This document shows, one piece after another, positions 38,678 to 47,921 of a stretch of DNA of 59,527 nucleotides. A program made the position numbers and the translations under genes. The stretch lies in NCBI GenBank assembly GCA_009923745.1, contig RFSX01000001.1, forward strand, positions 1 through 59,527, in the 5' to 3' direction. How positions within the stretch are numbered: position 1 is the first letter of the stretch; each line of letters opens with the position of its first letter. A model generated the notes under the pieces. That model searched no databases. It saw only the letters and a list, made by a program, of their open reading frames with translations, and was not told where the DNA came from. The stretch comes from Chitinophagia bacterium (GTDB lineage Bacteria; Bacteroidota; Bacteroidia; Chitinophagales; Saprospiraceae).

Positions 38678-39118
38678 TTACAGCCCTGTTTTTATATCCA
38701 ATTCGCTTTCAATACGGTATGCAGAAGGCCTGTATGAAGCCAAAACCAAAGCATAGGTCAGCGCAACAACCAAAAATAAGCTTTGAGACCCGTAAAAATA
38801 ATAGACCCCTGTCAGTAGTGCGGGTGCTTCCGTAAGGGCATAACGCTTTATTTGCAAGTCGCGATACTGTTGCCATTGCTCTGCCTTATCCTCCATTGCT
38901 TTCACTCTGGGCAATCGGTTACGATACACCCATTGATATATGGCCGGTATTATGAGACTCACCATAAGGACCATGCCATCTCTCCAGCTCAGCTCAAAGC
39001 TCAGGGCCACGGAAGAGTCGCCTATTAAAAAATAAAAGATTATCAGTAACATAATGGTGCCCAAAAATATAATACCATGCAAAAGGCTAAGGGCCCTCAC
39101 CTCATCGTCATAATTCAT
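38678..39118 (-). CDS. 146-aa integral membrane protein, unknown function (about 4 TM)
   Basis: Hydrophobic segments LLHGIIFLGTIMLLIIFYFLI, MVLMVSLIIPAIYQWV, APALLTGVYYFYG, LFLVVALTYALVLA. The start overlaps the upstream O-antigen-ligase-like gene by 11 nt. Confidence 0.55.
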   Translation of the reverse strand: MNYDDEVRALSLLHGIIFLGTIMLLIIFYFLIGDSSVALSFELSWRDGMVLMVSLIIPAIYQWVYRNRLPRVKAMEDKAEQWQQYRDLQIKRYALTEAPALLTGVYYFYGSQSLFLVVALTYALVLASYRPSAYRIESELDIKTGL

Positions 39119-40610
39119 GTTTGGCTTCGTTTATTTTATTATTTCCTCGGAGATCCATAGCAACAACAATTGCCATACACAAGAAAAAGAAGGGACCTAC
39201 CTTATCTGCTTCTAGCAAGTCATTAATTAATAATACAGCCAGGATCACTATAAGGCTGACAGCTGATGCCATCAGCAAGGCTCTACTTTCTTTGTTAATG
39301 CGTCGGTGATAGTTTTTTTCTGCATACAAAAGACTAAGCACACATAAAGCCACAAAGATGAGTAAACCCAGCAACCCCTGTTCTGCTGCCGTCATTAAAT
39401 AATAATTATGGATTCCTGATTTCTCAGGGTTATCACTTACATAGGTTTTATAGCTGGTAATGGTATATGGCCTATAGCTTTCGTAAAATGTAGATGGACC
39501 GAAGCCCGTCAAGGGTTTATCTGATATCATATTGATCCCTGCAATCCACCTGTAGAAGCGCTCTACGGTAGAAATGTCCTCCATCTTGGCAGTGGCCTCA
39601 ACAAGATTATCAAACTTTGTGTGTTCTATCGCCCTGGTGTAATCTGGCGCCATATCCAGGTAACTGTTGTCCGATGCTAGGAATAACAAACCCCCCGAGA
39701 GGAATAAAAAGGAAGTGAGGAGTGCTGCTTTTATCAATTTCATCCTGATCAGATACACCGAGCATATTGCTATAACAATAGATAGCTGCGCGGCACGGGT
39801 ATAGGTAAGGTATATTGCCAGCACAAGAAAGCCAATGGCTAATACATGAAGCAGTTTTGACTGCCTTTGTGTGCTTTTGTACAGGTATGCCATGTAAGGA
39901 AGCGCAATCACAAGCATTACGCCATAATTCACATGGTTGCGGAATATGGGTTTTACCGCCTCGTTGATACTTTTAAAACTAAAACCTAATCCGGCATGTC
40001 GAAGCATCACATATCCTGCCGCTATTAACAAACCCGTTAAAAGGCACTTGAATACAAAACGATAGTCCGCTTCATTACTTAGAATGAGTAGGGGTAAAAA
40101 ATAAAATGGTAAAACATACCAAAGCTTAGCCAGTAAAAACTTAAATGAATACACAGGAATTCCTGAAGTAAAAGAGCTTATAAATATCCAGAATATATGA
40201 GCAATGAGAACCAACGTGATCGGGTGTCTAATATATGCTGTCTGCTTTTTACCGGCATTGAGAACAAGCATCAAAAGAGTAATCACACTTAATACAATCA
40301 TAAGTGGTTCAGAAGGCAAGTCTGTGCCTAGCCCACCCGGCAACTCGAACTCTATAGAGAATGGAAGCAAGAAGAAAAAAAGACCAAACAGAACCGCGGG
40401 CCGTGAAACGGCAAAAAAAGAAAATAAAATACCGGCAGGAATTAAAGCGGGTAAAGGATTATAAAGACCAACAGACAAGAGCAGGGCCAGGCATATAATT
40501 ATAGCAAAGCCGTATTCCCATTTATTGTTTAATCGTCTTGGCGCTATAGGGCTGGCACTAGGCATCTCTGAACTTTTGTCCCCAGTTGTCTTTTTTGAAT
40601 TGGTCCACAA
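39108..40610 (-). CDS. O-antigen ligase / Wzy-like polymerase family membrane protein
   Basis: About 12 TM, with a large loop region carrying ..YLTYTRAAQLSIVIA.. typical of the Wzy_C (O-antigen ligase) domain. The alternative ATG at 40565 would reduce the overlap with the Wzz-like gene from 53 to 8 nt. Confidence 0.7.
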   Translation of the reverse strand: MWTNSKKTTGDKSSEMPSASPIAPRRLNNKWEYGFAIIICLALLLSVGLYNPLPALIPAGILFSFFAVSRPAVLFGLFFFLLPFSIEFELPGGLGTDLPSEPLMIVLSVITLLMLVLNAGKKQTAYIRHPITLVLIAHIFWIFISSFTSGIPVYSFKFLLAKLWYVLPFYFLPLLILSNEADYRFVFKCLLTGLLIAAGYVMLRHAGLGFSFKSINEAVKPIFRNHVNYGVMLVIALPYMAYLYKSTQRQSKLLHVLAIGFLVLAIYLTYTRAAQLSIVIAICSVYLIRMKLIKAALLTSFLFLSGGLLFLASDNSYLDMAPDYTRAIEHTKFDNLVEATAKMEDISTVERFYRWIAGINMISDKPLTGFGPSTFYESYRPYTITSYKTYVSDNPEKSGIHNYYLMTAAEQGLLGLLIFVALCVLSLLYAEKNYHRRINKESRALLMASAVSLIVILAVLLINDLLEADKVGPFFFLCMAIVVAMDLRGNNKINEAKHEL

Positions 40611-41661
40611 GGATAAGCCATAGACTCATAAACAAAAAGCTGACCATGGCTACCCCAACGACAATATATGATCGTTTGGGTCGAGACTTATAAGCCGGCT
40701 CTTCTGCTTTTTCAACTATGTGGATCGCATTAATTTTTGAATTATATGCCGCCTTCAACTGCTTCATTCGCTCTTTATCCAGGTTGAGTTGGTCGCCAAA
40801 ATCTTTCAGTTCTCGCTCATATTTTAGGACCTTAGGATACCCGTCATTATAAGAACTGATGTTTTTTATAAGCTTATTATACTGGCTTCGGAATCCCGCC
40901 AGTTTTGCTTCTGCTATGGCAATCGAATCCCTGGGTATAGCGCTGTTGTTTTTCATCATCGTGATGCGTGCTACATAACTTTGAACACTCCCTTCTAACT
41001 TCACCATGCTGGCTCCAAAAGCCTCTCCCTGTGATTGCGTGTTAAATATATTATACCGGTCTCTTACCACATACAGACTGTCCGCGATCTCGTCGTATTG
41101 AGCCTGCTTGGTCTGTAGCTTGCTCTCGTAACTTGCAATCAGTTTTACCTGACTCTCTTTTATAAGAGCACTGGCGATTGAATCCACTTTGTTTCTTACC
41201 GCATTACACACTTCTGCCGCACGTTCTGGGTCTTTATCCTCAAAACTCAGTTTGATAGCATCGTATTTTGTCTTTTTGATATTGTAAAGCTTTTCAAGCT
41301 TCAACATGACCTTATGCTTTGCAAGAGGCTTATCAGGATCAATGTCGTATGTGTTATAAAGATCAAATTCTTCAATCATGAAGTTTTTAATCTCTGAAGA
41401 ATTAGCGATGGTAATAAGCCTGTCTACGTCATGATCGTTACCATATATCTCCTTCTGCTCTGACTGGTTGCCTACAGGGTCTGGCTGAGCCAAGTCAGGT
41501 GAAGCTGCATAAAACTGTGTTGATGCTTCATAAAAGTTTGGAAGCAGTAATGATATTCCTGCGCATATGACACTAGTGGTAATGCACACGGTGATTATCA
41601 TGCGCCTCTTCTTGTAGAGCAGCGCGAGAATATCTATAAGGCTTTCATTTTGATTTTGCAT
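40558..41661 (-). CDS. Wzz-like polysaccharide chain-length determinant (PCP without kinase domain)
   Basis: N-terminal ..LIDILALLYKKRRMIITVCITTSVICAGISLLLPNFYEAST.., a long coiled-coil periplasmic region and a C-terminal TM (YIVVGVAMVSFLFMSLWLILV). Confidence 0.75.
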   Translation of the reverse strand: MQNQNESLIDILALLYKKRRMIITVCITTSVICAGISLLLPNFYEASTQFYAASPDLAQPDPVGNQSEQKEIYGNDHDVDRLITIANSSEIKNFMIEEFDLYNTYDIDPDKPLAKHKVMLKLEKLYNIKKTKYDAIKLSFEDKDPERAAEVCNAVRNKVDSIASALIKESQVKLIASYESKLQTKQAQYDEIADSLYVVRDRYNIFNTQSQGEAFGASMVKLEGSVQSYVARITMMKNNSAIPRDSIAIAEAKLAGFRSQYNKLIKNISSYNDGYPKVLKYERELKDFGDQLNLDKERMKQLKAAYNSKINAIHIVEKAEEPAYKSRPKRSYIVVGVAMVSFLFMSLWLILVDQFKKDNWGQKFRDA

Positions 41662-41680
41662 TCCTAATTATTATTTCAAT

Positions 41681-43123
41681 TCATTTAGAACGCTTAAAAA
41701 ACAAGGATAAGCGTAAGAATCCACACAAATATGCCAAGAAGATCATAAATATCATTATGATAATGATCTCAACAATCCAATTTAAAGATACATTCAATGC
41801 TGCAAGCTTGAACAAGACAAATCCAAAGAATATAAGTATGGCCATGCCCGAAAGTGTCTGGGTTGAGTATTTAATTCTAAAGTCTTTGAAAGCCAGCAAG
41901 AGTTGACCCATAAATACAACATATTGTGTTGCAATTGTTGTAAGTGCCGCACCAATTGCTCCATACCTCGGAATCAGTAGCATGTTGAGGCTGAAGTTCA
42001 GAAAAATACCAAATACAAATAACCGGTTCAGCTCTTTAAGCTTTTCTGATGCCAGGAAAAGGCATCCAAAAACATTAGCTAAGGACATCGCGAAAAATCC
42101 AGTCATCAGATATTTGAAAACGGTATAGTGCTCTTGCGTGTTTTGCCCATATACAAGGTCCATTATTTCATCGCTGTAATACCAGCAGCAAAGACAGACT
42201 AAAAGAGCTATATAAAACAACATGCGTGTTGCCTCCTCTACAAGGCTCGAAAGCCTGTCTGTATCATTCATGAGCTTGGCGAACATGGGCAGCATGAGTC
42301 CCGCAAACAATATTCCAGTCATATTGGCGGCATCGAGAAGCCTGTAAGCCCTGGCATACACTCCGGCCGAATAAGCACTATCGTCCAGCAACCTCTCAAG
42401 CATCAAACCATCCATCCGTGTGAATAGTGTCATAAACAACAGGACAAAGGCATAGGGCAGGGTCTTTTTGATAATGACCTTAAGCTCTTTGATCGAAAAC
42501 TGGACAGACAGCTGGATGCGACCCTTGAGCAAGAAAATGAAGCATAAGCAAGCCAACACAAGAGCCGCAATCTGCCCGAGGATAAACAATTCAATATTTA
42601 TCACCCGGTTGATGTAAAGCATGAAGCCAATAATGAGCACCATGAGAAACTTATCCAGGCCCGAATACCACGCTTCATAATGGTACTGTCCAAGGGCTGC
42701 AAAATGACTTCTCAAATACTGGCTGAAAGAAATCAATATGAAAATACACATTATCCCCGGCAGAAGACTGTAATGCCGCTCTCCAAAACCTATAGGCCAG
42801 GAGAAGGCAAATACAAGGACAGCATAAATGGCGACCAAAAGGATCTTTGCCCCTGCTATCTTTGAAAAATGCGATGATACATCATTGGGGCTTTTGGCAA
42901 TAAGCTGAGAATTGTAATTGAAGATGCCCGGGTCAAGGATAACCTGAAAAAGCATACAGTAATTGAAGATGCTGAAAAATAAGCCATACTCATTCTCCCC
43001 GACACGACTTTGCACTTGGGCGTCTATCAAAAAAATATACGCAGGCTTAACCAAAAGATTGACAGCCATGAGCACAGCAATATTCTTTATGAAGCTTCTA
43101 TTCAGTGTATTGTCTCCTTGCAT
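41681..43123 (-). CDS. oligosaccharide flippase (Wzx / MOP superfamily polysaccharide biosynthesis protein)
   Basis: 480 aa, about 12-14 TM, N-terminal ..NRSFIKNIAVLMAVNLLVKPAYIFLIDAQVQ.. typical of Polysacc_synt flippases. Confidence 0.8.
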   Translation of the reverse strand: MQGDNTLNRSFIKNIAVLMAVNLLVKPAYIFLIDAQVQSRVGENEYGLFFSIFNYCMLFQVILDPGIFNYNSQLIAKSPNDVSSHFSKIAGAKILLVAIYAVLVFAFSWPIGFGERHYSLLPGIMCIFILISFSQYLRSHFAALGQYHYEAWYSGLDKFLMVLIIGFMLYINRVINIELFILGQIAALVLACLCFIFLLKGRIQLSVQFSIKELKVIIKKTLPYAFVLLFMTLFTRMDGLMLERLLDDSAYSAGVYARAYRLLDAANMTGILFAGLMLPMFAKLMNDTDRLSSLVEEATRMLFYIALLVCLCCWYYSDEIMDLVYGQNTQEHYTVFKYLMTGFFAMSLANVFGCLFLASEKLKELNRLFVFGIFLNFSLNMLLIPRYGAIGAALTTIATQYVVFMGQLLLAFKDFRIKYSTQTLSGMAILIFFGFVLFKLAALNVSLNWIVEIIIIMIFMIFLAYLCGFLRLSLFFKRSK

Positions 43124-43142
43124 TGTGCGTGGATCTGGGGCC

Positions 43143-43179
43143 TAAAATACAAAAGCCCCGACATTAATGGCCGGGGCTT
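43143..43179 (-). terminator. intrinsic terminator directly after tRNA-Phe
   Basis: Minus strand: AAGCCCCG-gccattaatgt-CGGGGCTT (8 bp), followed by TTGTATTTT. Confidence 0.6.
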
Positions 43180-43182
43180 AAG

Positions 43183-43255
43183 TGGTACCTCCAGGAATCG
43201 AACCAGGGACACCAGGATTTTCAGTCCTGTGCTCTACCAACTGAGCTAAGGTACC
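43183..43255 (-). tRNA. tRNA-Phe (anticodon GAA), CCA not encoded
   Basis: Hand-folded: GGTACCT/AGGTACC acceptor, GCTC/GAGC D-stem, CAGGA-CTGAAAA-TCCTG anticodon arm, T-arm CCTGG-TTCGATT-CCTGG with a U51-U63 mismatch. Confidence 0.88.
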
Positions 43256-43333
43256 TTTCTAAAGGCTCTAACGACAGAGCCTCTATAATAGTTGGTTTCC
43301 AGAATTATTTATCTCCATAATTTGGAAGCGGTG

Positions 43334-43341
43334 CAAATTTA
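43334..43341 (-). promoter_or_regulatory. candidate -7 box, TAAATTTG, for tRNA-Phe
   Basis: Minus-strand TAnnTTTG match about 80 nt upstream of the tRNA. TTTT lies 19 nt further upstream at the -33 position. Confidence 0.3.
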
Positions 43342-43459
43342 AATTCTTTTTACATCTGATAAAAGCCTGAGGACTTATTTTTAGCAACAATCCATCTTTC
43401 TGCTTTTTGGAGCTCTTGCAAATAAATGATTGTTTAATTTAATAGCTGTGTCTGAGTTA

Positions 43460-43939
43460 ATGAATATAACATGCTACGAGTCTCCCTTTGGCTTTTGGCG
43501 TTTAGAGGCCAACCAGACGCACCTTTTGTCAATAAAACACAGCCCCGAAAACCCTGATTATCAACAAAGTATAAACCCCATACTTGTTGAAGCCAAAAAA
43601 CAGCTGAAAGCCTATTTTAACCGGGCCTTACACCACTTTGAGCTTCCCCTTCATACGGCAAACTATCCACAGTATTATCAACGCGTGTGGAAAACCGTTC
43701 AAAACATCCCCATTGGTACTATGAAAAGCTACTCTGATATTGCCCTGGAGCTGGGCGATATTAAATCCGTCAGAGCTGTAGGTCAAGCCAATGCCAAAAA
43801 CCCTTTTCCCTTGATTATTCCATGTCACAGGGTTATTGGAAAAAACCATGAAATGACGGGATATGTCTACGGAAATGAGATGAAAAAACAATTACTGGCC
43901 CACGAAGGTGCGATAAACTTACAATTCCGCCTTTTCTGA
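43460..43939 (+). CDS. ogt: methylated-DNA--protein-cysteine methyltransferase
   Basis: Active site IPCHRVIG, ..YSDIA...G...AVRAVGQANAKNP.. ATG 43460 preferred over the tracked TTG at 43430. Confidence 0.9.
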   Translation: MNITCYESPFGFWRLEANQTHLLSIKHSPENPDYQQSINPILVEAKKQLKAYFNRALHHFELPLHTANYPQYYQRVWKTVQNIPIGTMKSYSDIALELGDIKSVRAVGQANAKNPFPLIIPCHRVIGKNHEMTGYVYGNEMKKQLLAHEGAINLQFRLF

Positions 43940-45022
43940 GGCTTGCAGGTCTTGCAATTGCTTTTTTTTCAGGCTCATAATTCGCCTCAACCAATTAGGA
44001 ATAATAATGACCCCGATCAAAAGGTAAGGATAATAGGTGATCAACCTCCAAAGCAAGGCGCCTACAGAACCAATGCCCTGCGTGACATAATCACTGAAAA
44101 ACCCGGAAAACAACAACTCCATAACGCCAGATCCGCCGGGAGTCGGTGAAAACTGGGTAATTACATACATGGTTTGCGACCTGGCATACAACAAAAATTG
44201 AGACATAAAGTCTGTATCAATTTCTACCAGGGCCAGTATTATAAAATTTACCGTTAAAAATCGGGTCATCCAGGCACCAATGGTTGTCAAGCTGGCCAAA
44301 AGATGAAAGCTGAAAGGTTTGTTGCGAATCTCTCTGGACGTCGTAACAACATCTTGCCCTGTTTTTACTAATGATCGCTTGAAACGTCGAATTAGTGGCA
44401 GCTTAGACAATCCAAAAAGAATGTTCTTGATGATTCTTGGTCTGAAAAGTCCCCATGTAAGAATGGTGGCATAAAACAGTATAAATAGCCACACAACCAT
44501 GAATGTGATACCATATGGCTCAAGCAGGCTTACCATGTTGGGTCTTATCAACGGAGGACCAAACATCATTAATAGTAAGACCAGGGATACCAAGAAAAAA
44601 ATGGAATCAATAATCACGGTATACATGACAATAGAAACAGCCTTGGCTCCAGAAATTTTCTCCTGGGACAGAAAAAAAACTGCGACTGCTGATCCTCCAA
44701 TGCTGGTCGGAGAAATAGCCGAGGCAAACTCCCAGATACAAACCAGCTCCAGGGAGTGTCTGAACGTAAAGACATTATCTGATAATATCTTGAGCCTGAT
44801 GGAATAAAAGATGTGTCTTAATACATATATAAACACGGCAATCCCCAAAAAGAACCACAACCGGTTGTTCCACGAAATGGAATTAAACTCTTGCAGGTCA
44901 AACTGTCTCAATAGAATATATACGAGCACAATCAACCCAATTACAATAGGGAGGATGACTTTAGAAAGCCTTAGGGAGTCCAAGACCTTCTGATCCGATT
45001 CTATTTGACGCTGTTTGCTCAA
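43919..45022 (-). CDS. UPF0104 / lysylphosphatidylglycerol-synthase-TM-like flippase-like membrane protein
   Basis: About 8 TM. ..FRHSLELVCIWEFASAISPTSIGGSAVAVFFL.. and ..PTPGGSGVMELLF.. patterns. TTG start. Confidence 0.7.
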   Translation of the reverse strand: MSKQRQIESDQKVLDSLRLSKVILPIVIGLIVLVYILLRQFDLQEFNSISWNNRLWFFLGIAVFIYVLRHIFYSIRLKILSDNVFTFRHSLELVCIWEFASAISPTSIGGSAVAVFFLSQEKISGAKAVSIVMYTVIIDSIFFLVSLVLLLMMFGPPLIRPNMVSLLEPYGITFMVVWLFILFYATILTWGLFRPRIIKNILFGLSKLPLIRRFKRSLVKTGQDVVTTSREIRNKPFSFHLLASLTTIGAWMTRFLTVNFIILALVEIDTDFMSQFLLYARSQTMYVITQFSPTPGGSGVMELLFSGFFSDYVTQGIGSVGALLWRLITYYPYLLIGVIIIPNWLRRIMSLKKKQLQDLQASEKAEL

Positions 45023-45187
45023 ATTTAAAATTTCACAAAAGTAAGTTTTTATCGTGCTTCAGCCTATCTAACCCATACAAATAAGTATTTGTTTTAAACT
45101 CCTGTAAATCAATTTTAATTATAAGGCAAGGACATTAAAACCAAATAGTCTTTAAATTCGTTCTTCAATAAAAAACTCGATAATACT

Positions 45188-45799
45188 ATGGATACGAAAA
45201 CCGCTAACCCCGTAATGCTATATACAGAACAAACGCCGAACCCAGACTCTCTGAAGTTCGTAACAAACAGGATGCTCTACAGGGGTACTGCCGATTTTCG
45301 AACAGAAGCCCTGGCTAACGAATGGTCTCCTCTGGCAACTGAATTATTCAAAATGCCTTTTGTGGAAGGTGTTTATATCTGCAATAACTTTGTAACCATC
45401 ACCAAAGGCATGAACTATGCCTGGGAAGATATCATGCTAAATGCCAAGGAGTTCATCAAGGAATATGTCTCTGAAGGGAAAGAAATTTTAAAGGAGGGCT
45501 TCGAAGAGGCTATGGCCAAGCTGGAAGAAGAAAAAGGAGTGGCCTATCAGTATGAAGGCGAAGAAGCAGAGATTGTCAAAAAAATAAAAGACCTGATTGA
45601 CAAATATGTCAAGCCTGCTGTCGAAATGGATGGTGGTAATATCGAGTTCAAATCTTACGACAAAGGTAAAGTCGCTGTAATTCTGCAAGGCTCTTGCAGC
45701 GGTTGCCCTTCATCGACGGTAACTCTGAAGTCTGGAATCGAAGGCATGCTCAAAAGAATGGTACCCGAGGTCACAGAAGTTGTGGCTGAAATGGGCTAA
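45188..45799 (+). CDS. NifU-family Fe-S cluster protein (Nfu_N plus NifU C-terminal domain)
   Basis: ..TPNPDSLKF.. N-domain, and C-domain ..VKPAVEMDGGNIEF...LQGSCSGCPSS..TLK.GIE. Confidence 0.85.
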   Translation: MDTKTANPVMLYTEQTPNPDSLKFVTNRMLYRGTADFRTEALANEWSPLATELFKMPFVEGVYICNNFVTITKGMNYAWEDIMLNAKEFIKEYVSEGKEILKEGFEEAMAKLEEEKGVAYQYEGEEAEIVKKIKDLIDKYVKPAVEMDGGNIEFKSYDKGKVAVILQGSCSGCPSSTVTLKSGIEGMLKRMVPEVTEVVAEMG

Positions 45800-45802
45800 G
45801 CC

Positions 45803-46603
45803 ATGACTGTTGGACAGCTCCAGGATCTCAGACATGGGCTTATTTCCATATGTTCTGAAGTTTCTCTTTTCATACGTGCTGAACTCGATCTTGTAAGCCA
45901 TGAGGATATTGTCAGCAAGGACCGCAACAGTCTGGTAAGCTATGTAGACCAGGAAGCAGAAAGGAAGCTTGTTGCGGCTCTTTCGTCCCTCCTCCCAGAA
46001 GCAGGGTTTATCACCGAAGAAAATACCGTTGCCCGGGATAATAAAGCTTTGATGTGGGTGATCGATCCCCTGGATGGTACAAGTAATTATCTGTATCGTT
46101 TACCACACTTTTCAATATCAATCGCACTCATGAGTGACGGTGTTACCATTGCTGGAATCGTCTATGAAATAATGCATAACAGGGCCTTTTCTGCTGTCAA
46201 AGGAGGTGGTGCCTTTGAAAACAATAAGTCTATTACCGTCAGTGATCGAAATAAAAAATCTGAAGCTCTTGTTGTCACTGGGTTTCCATATGAGCGCGAA
46301 GTACGCCTGGATGACCGTCTCGCCGTTCTAAAGCAAGTCATACTAAACTACCGGGGCTTAAGGCGTTTGGGTTCCGCGGCCCTCGACCTGGCCTACGTCG
46401 CGTCGGGCCGATTCGACATATACTATGAAAATGAACTGAATGTCTGGGATATCGCCGCAGGCCAACTTCTTGTAGAGGAAGCCGGGGGCGTCGTTAAAGA
46501 TTATCGGGGAGGAGATGATGTATTGCGTGACTGTTCTGTTGTCGCAACAACACCCGTTTTTTATAATGAATTTGCCCAATTAATAAAGAAACATCTGAGT
46601 TAA
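45803..46603 (+). CDS. inositol monophosphatase family protein (SuhB-like)
   Basis: ..ITEE.., WVIDPLDGTSNY, ..GSAALDLAYVASGRFD..WD.AAG. Confidence 0.9.
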   Translation: MTVGQLQDLRHGLISICSEVSLFIRAELDLVSHEDIVSKDRNSLVSYVDQEAERKLVAALSSLLPEAGFITEENTVARDNKALMWVIDPLDGTSNYLYRLPHFSISIALMSDGVTIAGIVYEIMHNRAFSAVKGGGAFENNKSITVSDRNKKSEALVVTGFPYEREVRLDDRLAVLKQVILNYRGLRRLGSAALDLAYVASGRFDIYYENELNVWDIAAGQLLVEEAGGVVKDYRGGDDVLRDCSVVATTPVFYNEFAQLIKKHLS

Positions 46604-46682
46604 GACTCTGTTTATCGAATGCTTTGGCCTCCCGCTCCATTAATTCTAAATTATACGGCAGCATTCCTTAATTTCGAGCAGG

Positions 46683-47921
46683 ATGACATTCATCGAGAAC
46701 ATAAAGATCGCCCTGGACTCCATCAGGTCCAATTTTTTGAGAGCCTTGCTGACCTTGCTTATAATTGCGGTTGGTATTACCTGTCTTGTTGGCATTTTAA
46801 CCGCTATTGACACCATTTTATATTCCATGAGCAATAGTTTCAACAGGATGGGGGCAAATTCAATTTACATATACCCCAGCGGCAGGAATATGCAAAGCAA
46901 CAGTGGAAAGGAAGTTAAACGCGGTGCGCCCATTACTTTTCGCCAGGCTATGGAGTTCAAAGAACTCTTTGACTTTACCGGTGCGCGGGTCAGCGTTAAT
47001 ACATTTTGTAAATGGAATTCCACCCTCAAATACAAGGACAAAAAAACCAACCCCAATATTCGCCTCATTGGTGTTGATGATACCTACTTCAGCGTTTCAG
47101 CCTACTCTATTGAGAAAGGTCGAAACTTTTCAAAATCAGAAATAGCGGCAGGAGATCATAAAATAATCCTTGGCAGTGAATTGGTAGATCTTCTTTTTGA
47201 TAAAAATGCGGACGAAGCCATTGGAAAGTTGCTTAGAGTGGGCAATGTCCGCTACAAAGTTATTGGCGTACTTGAAAGCAAAGGCTCTTCTATGAGTCAG
47301 TCTTCAGACCGTCGCGCATTTATTCCTCTTCTAAATGCCAAACGCTATTATGGCTACGCCAATAGAAATTATTCGATTATGGCGGGCGTCCAGGACCCTC
47401 GATCTATTGCGGATGCAGAGTCTCAAGCCACTGGTGTTATGCGAATAGTACGTGATCTCAAAGCCACAGAGAGCAACGACTTTGAAATCAGGAAGAGTGA
47501 TGGCATCCTAGAAACATTAAAAGAGATTACAACCGAATTGCGTGTTGGCACCATTGCTATTGCTCTCATGACTCTTTTGGGGGCATCGATAGGTCTTATG
47601 AATATCATGCTGGTCTCTGTTACGGAAAGGACCAGAGAAATAGGTGTGCGCAAGGCTATAGGCGCTACTCGATTTAATATCATGCTTCAGTTTCTTACAG
47701 AAGCTGTTGTTATCACACTTCTTGGAGGATTGCTTGGTATTGCTATGGGCACCTCGCTCGGCTTTGGTTTGTCCCGACTGATTGATGGTCGATTCGTTTT
47801 TCCTCTGAACTGGATGGCCTTGGGAATTGTTGTTTGTGTTGTGGTGGGTGTCATCTCTGGCCTATACCCCGCGCTGAAAGCATCCCGACTCGACCCTATA
47901 GAAGCTCTGCGCTACGAATAA
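46683..47921 (+). CDS. ABC transporter permease (MacB/FtsX-like)
   Basis: N-terminal TM, MacB_PCD-like periplasmic domain, C-terminal FtsX domain (..ERTREIGVRKAIGATRFNIMLQFLTEA..). No ATPase gene adjacent. Confidence 0.85.
   Translation: MTFIENIKIALDSIRSNFLRALLTLLIIAVGITCLVGILTAIDTILYSMSNSFNRMGANSIYIYPSGRNMQSNSGKEVKRGAPITFRQAMEFKELFDFTGARVSVNTFCKWNSTLKYKDKKTNPNIRLIGVDDTYFSVSAYSIEKGRNFSKSEIAAGDHKIILGSELVDLLFDKNADEAIGKLLRVGNVRYKVIGVLESKGSSMSQSSDRRAFIPLLNAKRYYGYANRNYSIMAGVQDPRSIADAESQATGVMRIVRDLKATESNDFEIRKSDGILETLKEITTELRVGTIAIALMTLLGASIGLMNIMLVSVTERTREIGVRKAIGATRFNIMLQFLTEAVVITLLGGLLGIAMGTSLGFGLSRLIDGRFVFPLNWMALGIVVCVVVGVISGLYPALKASRLDPIEALRYE

Noticed and set aside
43183-43255. tRNA-Phe as a pseudo-tRNA because of the U51-U63 mismatch in the T-stem and the missing CCA
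   Set aside because: All other stems, the GAA anticodon loop, the TTCGATT T-loop and the conserved D-loop residues are intact. It also has its own promoter-like box and terminator. A single T-stem mismatch and unencoded CCA are compatible with a functional tRNA.
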